Sequence record: OQ718158.1
Strand: one strand, 5' to 3'
Length of the DNA: 64,000 nt
DNA from: Escherichia phage vB_Ec-M-J
The position numbers and the translations under genes were made by a program. The notes below the pieces were generated by a model, which ran no database searches, was not told the DNA's origin, and saw only the letters and a list, made by a program, of their open reading frames with translations. Below, in pieces: positions 9,205-18,224 of the stretch. Numbering within the stretch: position 1 is the first letter of the stretch; every line of letters starts with the position of its first letter.

Positions 9205-9549
9205 ATGTATAATTTAAATTTAATCTCATATATCATAACAACACTGTTTACTTTCTATACCTTTGTCGGTATACTCCTACTGTACTTTAAATTTTATAAA
9301 CTCTTTGACCGTTTATATCCATCATTGGAACATGAATTCTTATTGGTGATGTACATCTGTTTAACGTGTATGTCTACATTTTTCACTGTATTTGATGGTA
9401 TCATCGGTATTAAAGCTGAAGATCCAAATGGCAGTACACTTGTTGCCTTTATCCTGGTAGGATTCTTCGGTACTTATATCACTTTCATTTCAACATGGTC
9501 TGTGGTTGATTATCTCATTAGATTACGAGATAAAATGCCAAATCGATAG
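9205..9549 (+). CDS. small multi-pass membrane protein, family A paralog 3
   Basis: track ORF (GTG) trimmed to ATG right after upstream stop; tail ends KMPNR. Confidence 0.6.
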   Translation: MYNLNLISYIITTLFTFYTFVGILLLYFKFYKLFDRLYPSLEHEFLLVMYICLTCMSTFFTVFDGIIGIKAEDPNGSTLVAFILVGFFGTYITFISTWSVVDYLIRLRDKMPNR

Positions 9550-9558
9550 GGGATTGCT

Positions 9559-9816
9559 ATGTTTGCATTGCGTAATAAAAATACAAAAGAGATTCTATGT
9601 ATCTCAACAGTATGGGATTGTGCAGGAAGTGAAATGATCCTCGAAGAAGGTTCAGGTGATTGTGTTTATGTTGTTCATGATCGTCGCGAACTGGAATCAT
9701 TACTTGATGAATTTAATGCTGGTGGAAATCCTAAAAGTACTCAATTCCCTGAGATCAGGAATCCAGCACCACCAGGCTCTTATGAAATTCTACAACTGTG
9801 GGAGATGGATAAGTAA
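9559..9816 (+). CDS. hypothetical protein
   Basis: 85-aa track ORF; GGGG RBS. Confidence 0.5.
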   Translation: MFALRNKNTKEILCISTVWDCAGSEMILEEGSGDCVYVVHDRRELESLLDEFNAGGNPKSTQFPEIRNPAPPGSYEILQLWEMDK

Positions 9817-10196
9817 TGCGACAAATGCACAAAGTAACCGAGCTAAACAAGCGTCTGATTAAACAATCAATGTTTGAGGATAAAGAGTCTTACTATAACT
9901 TCAAACGTGCTGTAGAGGCTGCTATCCACATTCAGAAGCTTAAAGATAGTGGATGTATTATTCTCGAAAATGGTTCTGACGTTGTTACTGATGACTTCAG
10001 TGTAGCGTTTGATGTTTCACCTGATGGTTCGCTATCAATGCCACGCTTAGGGACTGGTGACATGACTGTGTGGGTAGGTTTCACTATGGGGAATGTACCA
10101 GGCACGGTGTATGTAGATGATGCTGAGTTGAAAGAAAGCTTTAAAAACTTATCGCATCTTGAACCACAATACGCACATGAAATGAATTTATTTTGA
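9816..10196 (+). CDS. hypothetical protein
   Basis: 126-aa ORF; start overlaps upstream stop (TAATG). Confidence 0.55.
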   Translation: MRQMHKVTELNKRLIKQSMFEDKESYYNFKRAVEAAIHIQKLKDSGCIILENGSDVVTDDFSVAFDVSPDGSLSMPRLGTGDMTVWVGFTMGNVPGTVYVDDAELKESFKNLSHLEPQYAHEMNLF

Positions 10197-10197
10197 G

Positions 10198-10225
10198 TTG
10201 ACAAACTCATTCAGTACTGTATAAT
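10198..10225 (+). promoter_or_regulatory. sigma70-type promoter followed by 5' GC hairpin (10235..10255)
   Basis: TTGACA-N16-TATAAT; hairpin GGGGATGAACTTCTCATCCCC. Confidence 0.6.
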
Positions 10226-10272
10226 GTTTATCAAGGGGATGAACTTCTCATCCCCACAATCGAGGAATTGTC

Positions 10273-10827
10273 ATGATTACTTTTAAGAAAACTGCTAACC
10301 ACATCCATGAGATCTACATTAACGGTCACAAAGCTGGCCTTCTTCGTTTACTCGCCCATCATCCGAATATTACCGTATCTGATAATGAACCTAAAGATTG
10401 GCGTGTATTTTTCTTTGGAAAGTACAGTGATTTTCAAGTATCAAACCTGAAGAACATTCGTTCAGTATGCACGTTAACTGAAATTAAAGAAAAGTTAACC
10501 AAAGCATTGAAAACTAATCCAGATGGTGTTCTTCCACCTGATAACTTTGTAGAGAAAGGATATGCCTTAGCTCATTTCAAAGATGGTACTATTCAATCTA
10601 TCAGTACTGAATATGAATATCAATGGACTGAGTACTTCACTTATGGATCGCGTAATACATTGATGGCTTCACGTAGTAAATTGGAAGAAGTACTGACTCG
10701 TATGAATGAACGCGAGCGTCAGTACTATGACAAACCAGAAATGTGGAGTTCAACTTACATTGACCGTATTGACTATGTTATTATGACTCCAATCTTTGAC
10801 ACTGCTTACTATGATTCTTTGAAATAA
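10273..10827 (+). CDS. hypothetical protein
   Basis: 184-aa ORF behind TTGACA-N16-TATAAT promoter and 5' GC hairpin. Confidence 0.6.
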   Translation: MITFKKTANHIHEIYINGHKAGLLRLLAHHPNITVSDNEPKDWRVFFFGKYSDFQVSNLKNIRSVCTLTEIKEKLTKALKTNPDGVLPPDNFVEKGYALAHFKDGTIQSISTEYEYQWTEYFTYGSRNTLMASRSKLEEVLTRMNERERQYYDKPEMWSSTYIDRIDYVIMTPIFDTAYYDSLK

Positions 10828-10838
10828 GGATAACTTAT

Positions 10839-11015
10839 ATGAAACTACGTACTCGTAATCGACTGATGGATGCACTGTACCATGAACAGCTTTCACTGAA
10901 TGAAGTGAAGCGACAGTTAATGTACACATATCTGTTACCCGCTCGCATTGCAAAACAACGTGCTAAAGAATTGCTGAAAGAAGCAATCGAGTACTGGGAA
11001 TCTGATTCGTACTAA
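10839..11015 (+). CDS. small hypothetical protein (58 aa)
   Basis: hand-found ORF below track threshold; AAGGA RBS. Confidence 0.35.
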   Translation: MKLRTRNRLMDALYHEQLSLNEVKRQLMYTYLLPARIAKQRAKELLKEAIEYWESDSY

Positions 11016-11043
11016 TTGTCACGTTAATTAAGTGAGGCGATAA

Positions 11044-11295
11044 ATGAAAATTTTATTAGTTCTAATACTACTAATTGTTTTACCATTTACGTTAGTATCC
11101 CCTGAACTTGCATGGAATGTGTTTGTGTACTTACTATGTACTATGATAGTAAATGGTATCTTGTTCTTAGTTCTATTCATAAATGGAATAGGACACGGTG
11201 GAGGATGGACCAGTACTGCTGATATTGTACATAAAACCACTATGTCTTTATTTGTAGTGTGGAATTTATTCTGGACTTGGTTTGTGTTCTTCTAA
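11044..11295 (+). CDS. small membrane protein (hypothetical)
   Basis: 83-aa hydrophobic ORF; GAGG RBS. Confidence 0.5.
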   Translation: MKILLVLILLIVLPFTLVSPELAWNVFVYLLCTMIVNGILFLVLFINGIGHGGGWTSTADIVHKTTMSLFVVWNLFWTWFVFF

Positions 11296-11305
11296 TTAAA
11301 AAAAT

Positions 11306-11677
11306 ATGAATATAGATTTGAAAGGTGCAACACGAACTGTCATACTCATTGGGGAATATGCTATCAAGATTCCAACCTTTAAAAGTTGGAAGCTATTCTT
11401 AACAGGGATGATAGCTAACCTCAATGAACGTTCGTGGATGCAGTACTCCAAGCGTAGTGATACTGGTATCTGTCCTACTTTGTGGTCATCATGTACTGGA
11501 CTAGTAACTGTACAGAAACGTTGTAAGCCAGTACAACATAGGGGTTTATTTTGGGTGGAGTTGTGTGCTTTAGCATTGAATTCAGAGTTAAGTACTGACT
11601 TCTTCTATTCAGATGCGAAGCCAGAAAACTTTGGGTATCTGTGTGGTAAGTTGGTTAAACTTGATTATGGAGATTAA
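11306..11677 (+). CDS. mini protein-kinase-like protein (hypothetical)
   Basis: YAIKIP (beta3 Lys-like), DAKPEN (catalytic-loop-like), KLDYGD (DFG-like) in kinase order; weak RBS. Confidence 0.45.
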   Translation: MNIDLKGATRTVILIGEYAIKIPTFKSWKLFLTGMIANLNERSWMQYSKRSDTGICPTLWSSCTGLVTVQKRCKPVQHRGLFWVELCALALNSELSTDFFYSDAKPENFGYLCGKLVKLDYGD

Positions 11678-11678
11678 T

Positions 11679-11948
11679 ATGTACGCATTGTATAATAAAG
11701 AAAAGAAACGATTTGCTAAGGTTGAAATTTCGATTGATACATTTGATATGTTGGAGTACTGTATTGTAACGGACTTATATGCTAACTTGTATTACGTTCT
11801 TGATGACGTATCAGTACTGCAACGATTGCTTGAGAATTCCAAAAGTCAATGCCAGGGCATCCATGATGGTTCATCTTATGAAACACCTGAGTGTTCCTAC
11901 GGCTATCTGGACGGGTATGAGATTGTGAAGTTGGGGATTGTTGAATAA
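11679..11948 (+). CDS. hypothetical protein
   Basis: track ORF trimmed to ATG immediately after upstream stop. Confidence 0.45.
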   Translation: MYALYNKEKKRFAKVEISIDTFDMLEYCIVTDLYANLYYVLDDVSVLQRLLENSKSQCQGIHDGSSYETPECSYGYLDGYEIVKLGIVE

Positions 11949-11960
11949 ATGGATTAAACA

Positions 11961-12374
11961 ATGAAGAAGTGTATCACGTGTAATATTGAAAAAGACATTA
12001 GTGAATTTGGTATAAGAAGTGATACTGGGAAACATAGAAATACATGCAAAGGTTGTAGTAATATTACCAGTAAGAAAACCAGAAATAAAAAAACTGATGT
12101 CAAAAAACTTGAAGAAATCAAAAGAAAAAATAAAGATTTCATGACCAGAGTTAAATCATTTTATGGTTGTAGTGTTTGTATGATGAAGTATCCAGAATGT
12201 TTAGACTTTCACCATCTTGACCCTAATACCAAAGAACATACACCAAGTTCTATGTTCAGTAAAAGTCGAGATGCTATCAAAGATGAAATTCGAAAGTGTA
12301 TGATTCTTTGTTCTAATCACCATCGCATGGTACATTCTGGTAGACTATGTTTGATTGAAAGAAAAAAGGGTTGA
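11961..12374 (+). CDS. HNH endonuclease (homing-endonuclease-like)
   Basis: Cys pairs plus HHLDP...CSNHHRMVH, an HNH-type motif; stop lies inside terminator hairpin. Confidence 0.75.
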   Translation: MKKCITCNIEKDISEFGIRSDTGKHRNTCKGCSNITSKKTRNKKTDVKKLEEIKRKNKDFMTRVKSFYGCSVCMMKYPECLDFHHLDPNTKEHTPSSMFSKSRDAIKDEIRKCMILCSNHHRMVHSGRLCLIERKKG

Positions 12375-12400
12375 CTTCGGTCAGCCCTTTTTGCTATAAT
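12366..12400 (+). terminator. fused terminator-promoter module
   Basis: AAAGGGTTGAC-TTCG-GTCAGCCCTTTTTGCTATAAT; HNH gene stop lies in stem. Confidence 0.65.
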
Positions 12401-12428
12401 CATTTCATCGAAACGAGAGGATGAATAC

Positions 12429-12944
12429 ATGACACGCATTAACTTAGTACACGTTAAAGAACTTGCTGACCAACATCTGATGGCTGAATATCGTGAACTC
12501 CCACGTGTGTTTGGTGCTGTACAAAAACATGTTCAAGCACGTAAGCGAGTCCGTGATTTCAAAATTAACAGTACTTACCTGTTAGGTTCAGGTCATGTAA
12601 CATTCTTCTACAACAAGTTATTGTACTTACAGAAGCGTCATATTGATATTGTTAACGAATGTTTGCGTCGTGGTATGAAGATTCAAAACACTGAAGTAAA
12701 CGACATTAGCGGATTCCCTGCTGAGTTTTGTAATGACTACGTACCATCGGAGTCAGAGATTAAAATGTCTCGTGAGCGTTTGATTGAGAAGCTCCAGATG
12801 AAGCCTACGTGGTATAAATTTACTGACGTTGAACGCCCACAGTACGTTAAAGATATGCAGGACGTAAGTAGTAATATAGAATCTAGTACTGATATGTTAG
12901 ACGAAATTGAAGAACAAATCAAAGATGAAATGAATAATTATTAA
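12429..12944 (+). CDS. denV: endonuclease V, pyrimidine-dimer DNA glycosylase (T4 DenV homolog)
   Basis: N-terminus [31 protein letters not shown] matches T4 DenV as recalled from memory. Confidence 0.85.
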   Translation: MTRINLVHVKELADQHLMAEYRELPRVFGAVQKHVQARKRVRDFKINSTYLLGSGHVTFFYNKLLYLQKRHIDIVNECLRRGMKIQNTEVNDISGFPAEFCNDYVPSESEIKMSRERLIEKLQMKPTWYKFTDVERPQYVKDMQDVSSNIESSTDMLDEIEEQIKDEMNNY

Positions 12945-12982
12945 AGGTAAGGGTTAACTTCGGTCACACAAAGGAACATAAC

Positions 12983-13177
12983 ATGTTATTAGTATATTCA
13001 AAGCGTTTCTGGATTTCTTTTATTGTACTATCGCTTATCGGCTTCGGTGTGAGTATACTCTTTTCGTGGGATGAATTGGGTACATGGTATTATGAAGTTC
13101 CGTGGTACATGAAGATAGCTCCTTGTTATGCGGCATTGTTCGTGTCATTCCTTATTGTTGTCTTCAGCGAGGATTAG
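12983..13177 (+). CDS. small membrane protein (hypothetical)
   Basis: 64-aa ORF with two hydrophobic segments. Confidence 0.45.
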   Translation: MLLVYSKRFWISFIVLSLIGFGVSILFSWDELGTWYYEVPWYMKIAPCYAALFVSFLIVVFSED

Positions 13178-13283
13178 TTGATGTAGTAGGTGCTACACCA
13201 AAGTATTTGGATATTTGAGATATAAACATTGACACCTGTTCTATCTTTCTGTATTATGTACATCACCAAATGAGGAATACCAC

Positions 13284-13643
13284 ATGGCATCTTTAAGTGA
13301 AATCGCGGAATACAACCCACTAACAATCTCAACAATTCAACGTACAAAAACTTTTTATTTCCGTCCTGCTGATGGATGGAAACGTGGAATGAATGGTGAC
13401 TATCGAGTACTGGAAGATGCACTCGTCGAGCGTATCAACTCTGAACTACATAAGTATGAAGGTGTTAAAGTTGTGCGTTCAACTTCTCGTTATTTTGAGT
13501 ACTACATTGAGTCTTCAACTGTAAATGAAAACTCATCATTCTCGGTGGATAACACTGATATTCTTCGCAATGCAGTTGGTCTGTTATGCAACATTGCTGA
13601 GGAAATGGGATTAACTATTACTACAATGAGTGAATTAGAATGA
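13284..13643 (+). CDS. hypothetical protein
   Basis: 119-aa ORF behind TTGACA-N17-TATTAT promoter; GAGGAA RBS. Confidence 0.55.
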   Translation: MASLSEIAEYNPLTISTIQRTKTFYFRPADGWKRGMNGDYRVLEDALVERINSELHKYEGVKVVRSTSRYFEYYIESSTVNENSSFSVDNTDILRNAVGLLCNIAEEMGLTITTMSELE

Positions 13644-13837
13644 TTAAAACTTTTATTCTTACTATGGTATTTGGGTCTTATGGGTATGGTGGTGGTGTAG
13701 CAACAGTTGAGTATCCATTATACGAAGATTGTAAGGCCGCCGCTGAAGTGTTTGTAAAAACAACCAAAGATTTAGCAACTGTCACTGATGCAAAAGCTTG
13801 GTGTACAACTAAAAATACACCAGAAACTAAGAAATAA
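13640..13837 (+). CDS. small hypothetical protein
   Basis: 65-aa ORF; ATGA overlap with upstream gene. Confidence 0.5.
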   Translation: MIKTFILTMVFGSYGYGGGVATVEYPLYEDCKAAAEVFVKTTKDLATVTDAKAWCTTKNTPETKK

Positions 13838-13843
13838 AAAATA

Positions 13844-13879
13844 AAGGGTTGACTTCGGTCAGCCCTTTTTGCTATAATT
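13844..13879 (+). terminator. fused terminator-promoter module
   Basis: same 36-nt module as at 12366 and 15256. Confidence 0.65.
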
Positions 13880-13904
13880 ATTTCATCAACTGATGAGGTA
13901 ACAA

Positions 13905-14141
13905 ATGAAACTATCTTTTATACGATTAGCTGAATTTTTCGGTACTAATGTAATTACTCTACAACAAATCGCAGATAATACATCATTAACTACTCAAGAA
14001 GTACTTGACTTAGATGTAATTCAGTGCGATAATACTTCCATCGATTACAAAGAAGGTCTTGTCGAAAAAGATAAGATTCAAGCTAAGATTAATGGTGCTG
14101 GACGGGTTCAGTACTGGAAAGGAGTTTTAAGTAATGTATAA
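13905..14141 (+). CDS. hypothetical protein
   Basis: 78-aa ORF after terminator/promoter module; GAGG RBS. Confidence 0.5.
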   Translation: MKLSFIRLAEFFGTNVITLQQIADNTSLTTQEVLDLDVIQCDNTSIDYKEGLVEKDKIQAKINGAGRVQYWKGVLSNV

Positions 14142-15249
14142 ATTTTATTTTAATGACGATGGTGAAAAAGTTTATTTCCACGAAGAACTTGGTATGCGTT
14201 TTGAATGGATGCACGCGGAAGACATTGAACAATTTTCTTGTGGAAAAACTGCCAAAGACCACGTTGATGACATAGAGGCATCATTCTATGATTTAGGAAT
14301 AACTGATATCACAATTTTGGGTATTGGTGTGTCAAACGCAGCTGAATTTGGTATTTCTGGAAATTCACATGCTAAAATCGTCTTAAAAAAAGACGATATC
14401 ATCTATAATAATTATAAAATAACTGCTTTTAAAACAAAGCTTAATAAGTTGTCAGAAGGTGATGGTATTAAGTTATCTTTTTCATACACAAATGATAATT
14501 ATTACTATTACGTAACCAAACTTGCAAAATTACAATCTAAAAACTGTCATATACATCCAAATGAAATAATTGATAATGGAATTTCATCTAAAATAAAATT
14601 CACATATAGTGATGGTGTAACTGTACCTAGAAGAATAAATGATATATTGACAAAAACTAAAATTAATGTGAGTTATTTTGTAGATGATGATATTAGAGAT
14701 GGGGTAGCTTTAAATCGATGTAGAGAATTGAAATATCATTTTCAGTCTATTTACAAGCATGAGAATGGACGATACTTTGTAAAATATGAGTGTACTAGAG
14801 GTCATCAATGTGATCAAGACTATCATGCATTTACTGGTACAGCGAAGCAATCATGTGGTGTGTGTTCTAAACTTAAGACACACTCATATGGTCATAATGA
14901 TACCATGAAATTTTTAAGGAATTTGCATATTACAATAACGGAAAAAACTTTCAATGATTTGAAAGATAAAATGAAACTTCCATATGATTTTTATGTGAAA
15001 GATTTAAATGCGTTGATAGAATATGACGGTAGTGATCATTTTAAAAATAAGTCATCTCGAAACAATTTTATTGATCGTCAGAAGAAAGATAAAATGAAAA
15101 CGGAGTACGCAATCAACAATGGATATAACTTCCTACGAATTGCATATTATGAAGGTCATCTTGAAGTACTGGAATCTTTCCTGAAACTCATCGAAGAGAA
15201 CCCAGGAAAGCAAATCGTACAGATTTATGGTGATGTGAAAATCATCTAA
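14134..15249 (+). CDS. putative nuclease (zinc-ribbon plus PD-(D/E)xK-like C-terminal domain)
   Basis: C-terminus IEYDGSDHF...DRQKKDKMK...GYNFLRIAY resembles restriction-endonuclease-like fold; Cys/His cluster. Confidence 0.5.
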   Translation: MYKFYFNDDGEKVYFHEELGMRFEWMHAEDIEQFSCGKTAKDHVDDIEASFYDLGITDITILGIGVSNAAEFGISGNSHAKIVLKKDDIIYNNYKITAFKTKLNKLSEGDGIKLSFSYTNDNYYYYVTKLAKLQSKNCHIHPNEIIDNGISSKIKFTYSDGVTVPRRINDILTKTKINVSYFVDDDIRDGVALNRCRELKYHFQSIYKHENGRYFVKYECTRGHQCDQDYHAFTGTAKQSCGVCSKLKTHSYGHNDTMKFLRNLHITITEKTFNDLKDKMKLPYDFYVKDLNALIEYDGSDHFKNKSSRNNFIDRQKKDKMKTEYAINNGYNFLRIAYYEGHLEVLESFLKLIEENPGKQIVQIYGDVKII

Positions 15250-15255
15250 AACAAA

Positions 15256-15290
15256 AAGGGTTGACTTCGGTCAGCCCTTTTTGCTATAAT
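15256..15290 (+). terminator. fused terminator-promoter module
   Basis: same module; GCTATAATCATTTCATCAACTGATGAGG continues to RBS. Confidence 0.65.
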
Positions 15291-15318
15291 CATTTCATCA
15301 ACTGATGAGGATAACGAA

Positions 15319-16089
15319 ATGACCAGAGAAGCACGTAGCATTCAAATCCAGAAAAACTTCAACTCCATGATGGTTGCTCTTGAGTGTTTGCTCGACGATA
15401 ACAGTACTGTAAAAAGTATGGTTGTCAGCGGTGCACCTGGTGTTGGTAAGACTTACACCCTGTCACAACGCCTCCAGAAAGCTCATGACGCAGCAGAATG
15501 GAACGTAGCTACTATCAGTGGTAAGATGACTACTCTTGCTCTGTACGAAGTTCTGTACAAGAATCGTCACAGCACTAACGTATTAGTACTGGATGATATG
15601 GACAGCATCTTTGATTCAGAAGACGGTATGAACCTGCTCAAAGCAGTACTGGACAGCGGTAAACGTACTGTGTCTTACATGACTAGCTCTAAGTACTTAA
15701 CTACCAACGGTATCCCTAACAGCTTTGATTTTAACGGTCGTATCGTATTCATTACTAACAAAGATTTAGCACTGAATGCTAAAGCTAAAACCAAAATGTC
15801 TGCTCACTATGCTGCTCTTATGTCTCGCTCTGTGTATGTTGACTTACAGATCCAGACTAAAAGCGATATCATGATTCACATTGAAAACGTAATGAACAAG
15901 ACCAACATCCTGTCAACTAAAGGTGTTAATAGTAATGGTAGCAAAGCAATCCTGAATTGGATGCTGAAACATGAAGATGCACTTCGTGCCCCTTCACTGC
16001 GTATGCCTCTGTTGATTTCAGCAGTATACAACAACAACCCGTATGATTGGGAAGAGCAGTGCGAAAACTTGTTCCTTGAGAAAATTTAA
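15319..16089 (+). CDS. P-loop NTPase (ATPase)
   Basis: Walker A GAPGVGKT and Walker B-like VLVLDDMD. Confidence 0.65.
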   Translation: MTREARSIQIQKNFNSMMVALECLLDDNSTVKSMVVSGAPGVGKTYTLSQRLQKAHDAAEWNVATISGKMTTLALYEVLYKNRHSTNVLVLDDMDSIFDSEDGMNLLKAVLDSGKRTVSYMTSSKYLTTNGIPNSFDFNGRIVFITNKDLALNAKAKTKMSAHYAALMSRSVYVDLQIQTKSDIMIHIENVMNKTNILSTKGVNSNGSKAILNWMLKHEDALRAPSLRMPLLISAVYNNNPYDWEEQCENLFLEKI

Positions 16090-16156
16090 TTACATGTATT
16101 GACAGCACTACACTATGGTAGTACTATAACTTAATATTCACCACCGGAGATACGAT

Positions 16157-16495
16157 ATGCTTGAGTTTTTTAATTCAGATACAATGCTTAGTATTACTTT
16201 GATTTATCTGTTTGGTTTTTTCTTTTATCATGCACTAGTTGTAGTACTATGGTATTTTAAAAAGAAAATTGTTTTCAAACTGTATCCTGATGGAAATATT
16301 TCACTACTTCTTTTCACTATTATCCAAGGTATGTTTGCAATTGTTGGTCTTATCGCACACTTAATTTATTGTGCTAATCCACAGTTGAACTCAATATCAC
16401 AATATATTGTTTTCCTTGGATTACTAATTTGGGTGCTGATATACTTGTTTAATCTCATCATTAATGGTAGAGCAAAAATTCGTGGGGACTTCTAA
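16157..16495 (+). CDS. small multi-pass membrane protein, family B paralog 1
   Basis: 112 aa, hydrophobic; first of 7 tandem paralogs with coupled starts. Confidence 0.6.
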   Translation: MLEFFNSDTMLSITLIYLFGFFFYHALVVVLWYFKKKIVFKLYPDGNISLLLFTIIQGMFAIVGLIAHLIYCANPQLNSISQYIVFLGLLIWVLIYLFNLIINGRAKIRGDF

Positions 16496-16842
16496 TGTTT
16501 GAATCTTATCTTGAGTTTTTAAAGAGTAGTTCTGTTGCACATTCAATTGCAGGGATTATTCTAACAGGTTATGTAACATTTTGGGTAGTTATGTTTCTAG
16601 GATGGTATTTTAAACGACAATTCTATAAGCGTAATGGTGAAGATTTTATGAATTCTTTCATTAATCAATCGTTGTTTGCATCAACATTGATAGCATGTAT
16701 TGTAGCAACACTCACAGGAAAGGTACTGCCAGCATTCTCCGCAGTTTACGGTACATTGGGTATGATATGTGTAGTTTTTTACTTGACCATTAAACTTTGT
16801 TGTGTTATGATTGAACTTCGAAACAAGATACCGGAGGAATGA
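16495..16842 (+). CDS. small multi-pass membrane protein, family B paralog 2
   Basis: tail ELRNKIPEE like family A; TAATG overlap. Confidence 0.6.
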   Translation: MFESYLEFLKSSSVAHSIAGIILTGYVTFWVVMFLGWYFKRQFYKRNGEDFMNSFINQSLFASTLIACIVATLTGKVLPAFSAVYGTLGMICVVFYLTIKLCCVMIELRNKIPEE

Positions 16843-17177
16843 TGGAATATTTTTTACACTTACTGCCGTGGTATATGAAAGTTAGTACTATGTACTATAT
16901 TCTTAGTGCTGGATTCTACTTTCTGATGTGGTTCTTCAAACGACCAATTTCAGTATTCATCTCTGATAACATGCTGCAATTAAAATTACACGCATGGTTT
17001 TTTATGGCGATGTTTATGCCTATTATTCACTACTCAATGATTAGTAGAGGTTTACGTTCTAATGGTGAACCAATTATATTAGTATTCTATTGGGGTTCAA
17101 CTATTGCATATGTAAGTTTGTTGTTGATCCCAGCCGTTCATAAATTGCGTTCTAAAGTTCCTGATGCGAGGTACTAA
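16839..17177 (+). CDS. small multi-pass membrane protein, family B paralog 3
   Basis: tail HKLRSKVPDARY; ATGA overlap. Confidence 0.6.
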   Translation: MMEYFLHLLPWYMKVSTMYYILSAGFYFLMWFFKRPISVFISDNMLQLKLHAWFFMAMFMPIIHYSMISRGLRSNGEPIILVFYWGSTIAYVSLLLIPAVHKLRSKVPDARY

Positions 17178-17491
17178 TGGATATCGTAACATTGATTTAC
17201 ACGTTGTATTCATTCTATTTTATTATGTGTTGGGTTGGATTTTTATTTGTACTGAAAATGTTTGATTATGTTGAAAAACAGATAAAAGAATTTTGTATTC
17301 CTTTTATTGGGTCAACCATAATTAGTATTACTTGTTTGTATTATTTGGTATGTGATCCACCTGTTAATACAGCAATGATTGACTTCATGTTATTACCAAC
17401 AACTGTTATTTTTTTATGTAGTCTGATGCCACCGATTAGTCGTGGGCTAACCGAATTTAGACGCAATCAAAAGCGTAAACGAGGGATGTGA
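17177..17491 (+). CDS. small multi-pass membrane protein, family B paralog 4
   Basis: 104-aa hydrophobic ORF; TAATG overlap. Confidence 0.55.
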   Translation: MDIVTLIYTLYSFYFIMCWVGFLFVLKMFDYVEKQIKEFCIPFIGSTIISITCLYYLVCDPPVNTAMIDFMLLPTTVIFLCSLMPPISRGLTEFRRNQKRKRGM

Positions 17492-17859
17492 TGGAAATTG
17501 CACTTATTATATTAACTGCTATGTTGTTTATTAGTACAATTGTTATTATTGGCAAGTTCTTCTGTGTATCCTTCTTGGAAACCGTATACGATGAAATTGC
17601 TGATGATTATGAATTACATGCGGGATTTTTTACTACGTATTGGATTAGTTTATTACTACTTATCACTGTATGGATTTTACATATATTCAAATGGGGTATG
17701 GTAGATGGTGATCCAGTACTGGCAATTATCTGTGTAGTGTTTGGTCTACTCGGTGGTGCTGTCCATAATCTGATGGTAATTTGGCAAACCGTACAATATG
17801 TATTAGTTCCACATTTTCAGAGAATGCACCAAAGCATCAAATACCGCAAACGAGGATAA
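17491..17859 (+). CDS. small multi-pass membrane protein, family B paralog 5
   Basis: track ORF 17488 (GTG) trimmed to ATG overlapping upstream stop. Confidence 0.55.
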   Translation: MEIALIILTAMLFISTIVIIGKFFCVSFLETVYDEIADDYELHAGFFTTYWISLLLLITVWILHIFKWGMVDGDPVLAIICVVFGLLGGAVHNLMVIWQTVQYVLVPHFQRMHQSIKYRKRG

Positions 17860-17860
17860 C

Positions 17861-18223
17861 ATGAATAATATTGAATTATCTTTTATTGGTCAATTAATGG
17901 TAATGGCGTATACATTTATCTTCTCACTGAATGCATTCGTGTGCATTGGGAAGTACTTCCATAAGCGACCATTATCAAATATATATGATGTAATACAAAG
18001 GAGATATAGTCCAGCATATACTGTGTTGAGTACAGCATTCAATTTTGGTTTTATTCTAATGCTGGTTGCATTATTAACATCGAGTTCGAATTTTATAACA
18101 TTTGGTATTATGGTATGTTCACTAACACTGTGTGTGGTTATTCTCTGTGCATCAGTTGAGTTGATGGCGTGGATGTATAATAAGATTTCCGAAATCCATG
18201 AGCGTTTAGGTAAGAGGAACTAA
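17861..18223 (+). CDS. small multi-pass membrane protein, family B paralog 6
   Basis: 120-aa hydrophobic ORF; GAGGA RBS. Confidence 0.55.
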   Translation: MNNIELSFIGQLMVMAYTFIFSLNAFVCIGKYFHKRPLSNIYDVIQRRYSPAYTVLSTAFNFGFILMLVALLTSSSNFITFGIMVCSLTLCVVILCASVELMAWMYNKISEIHERLGKRN

Positions 18224-18224
18224 A

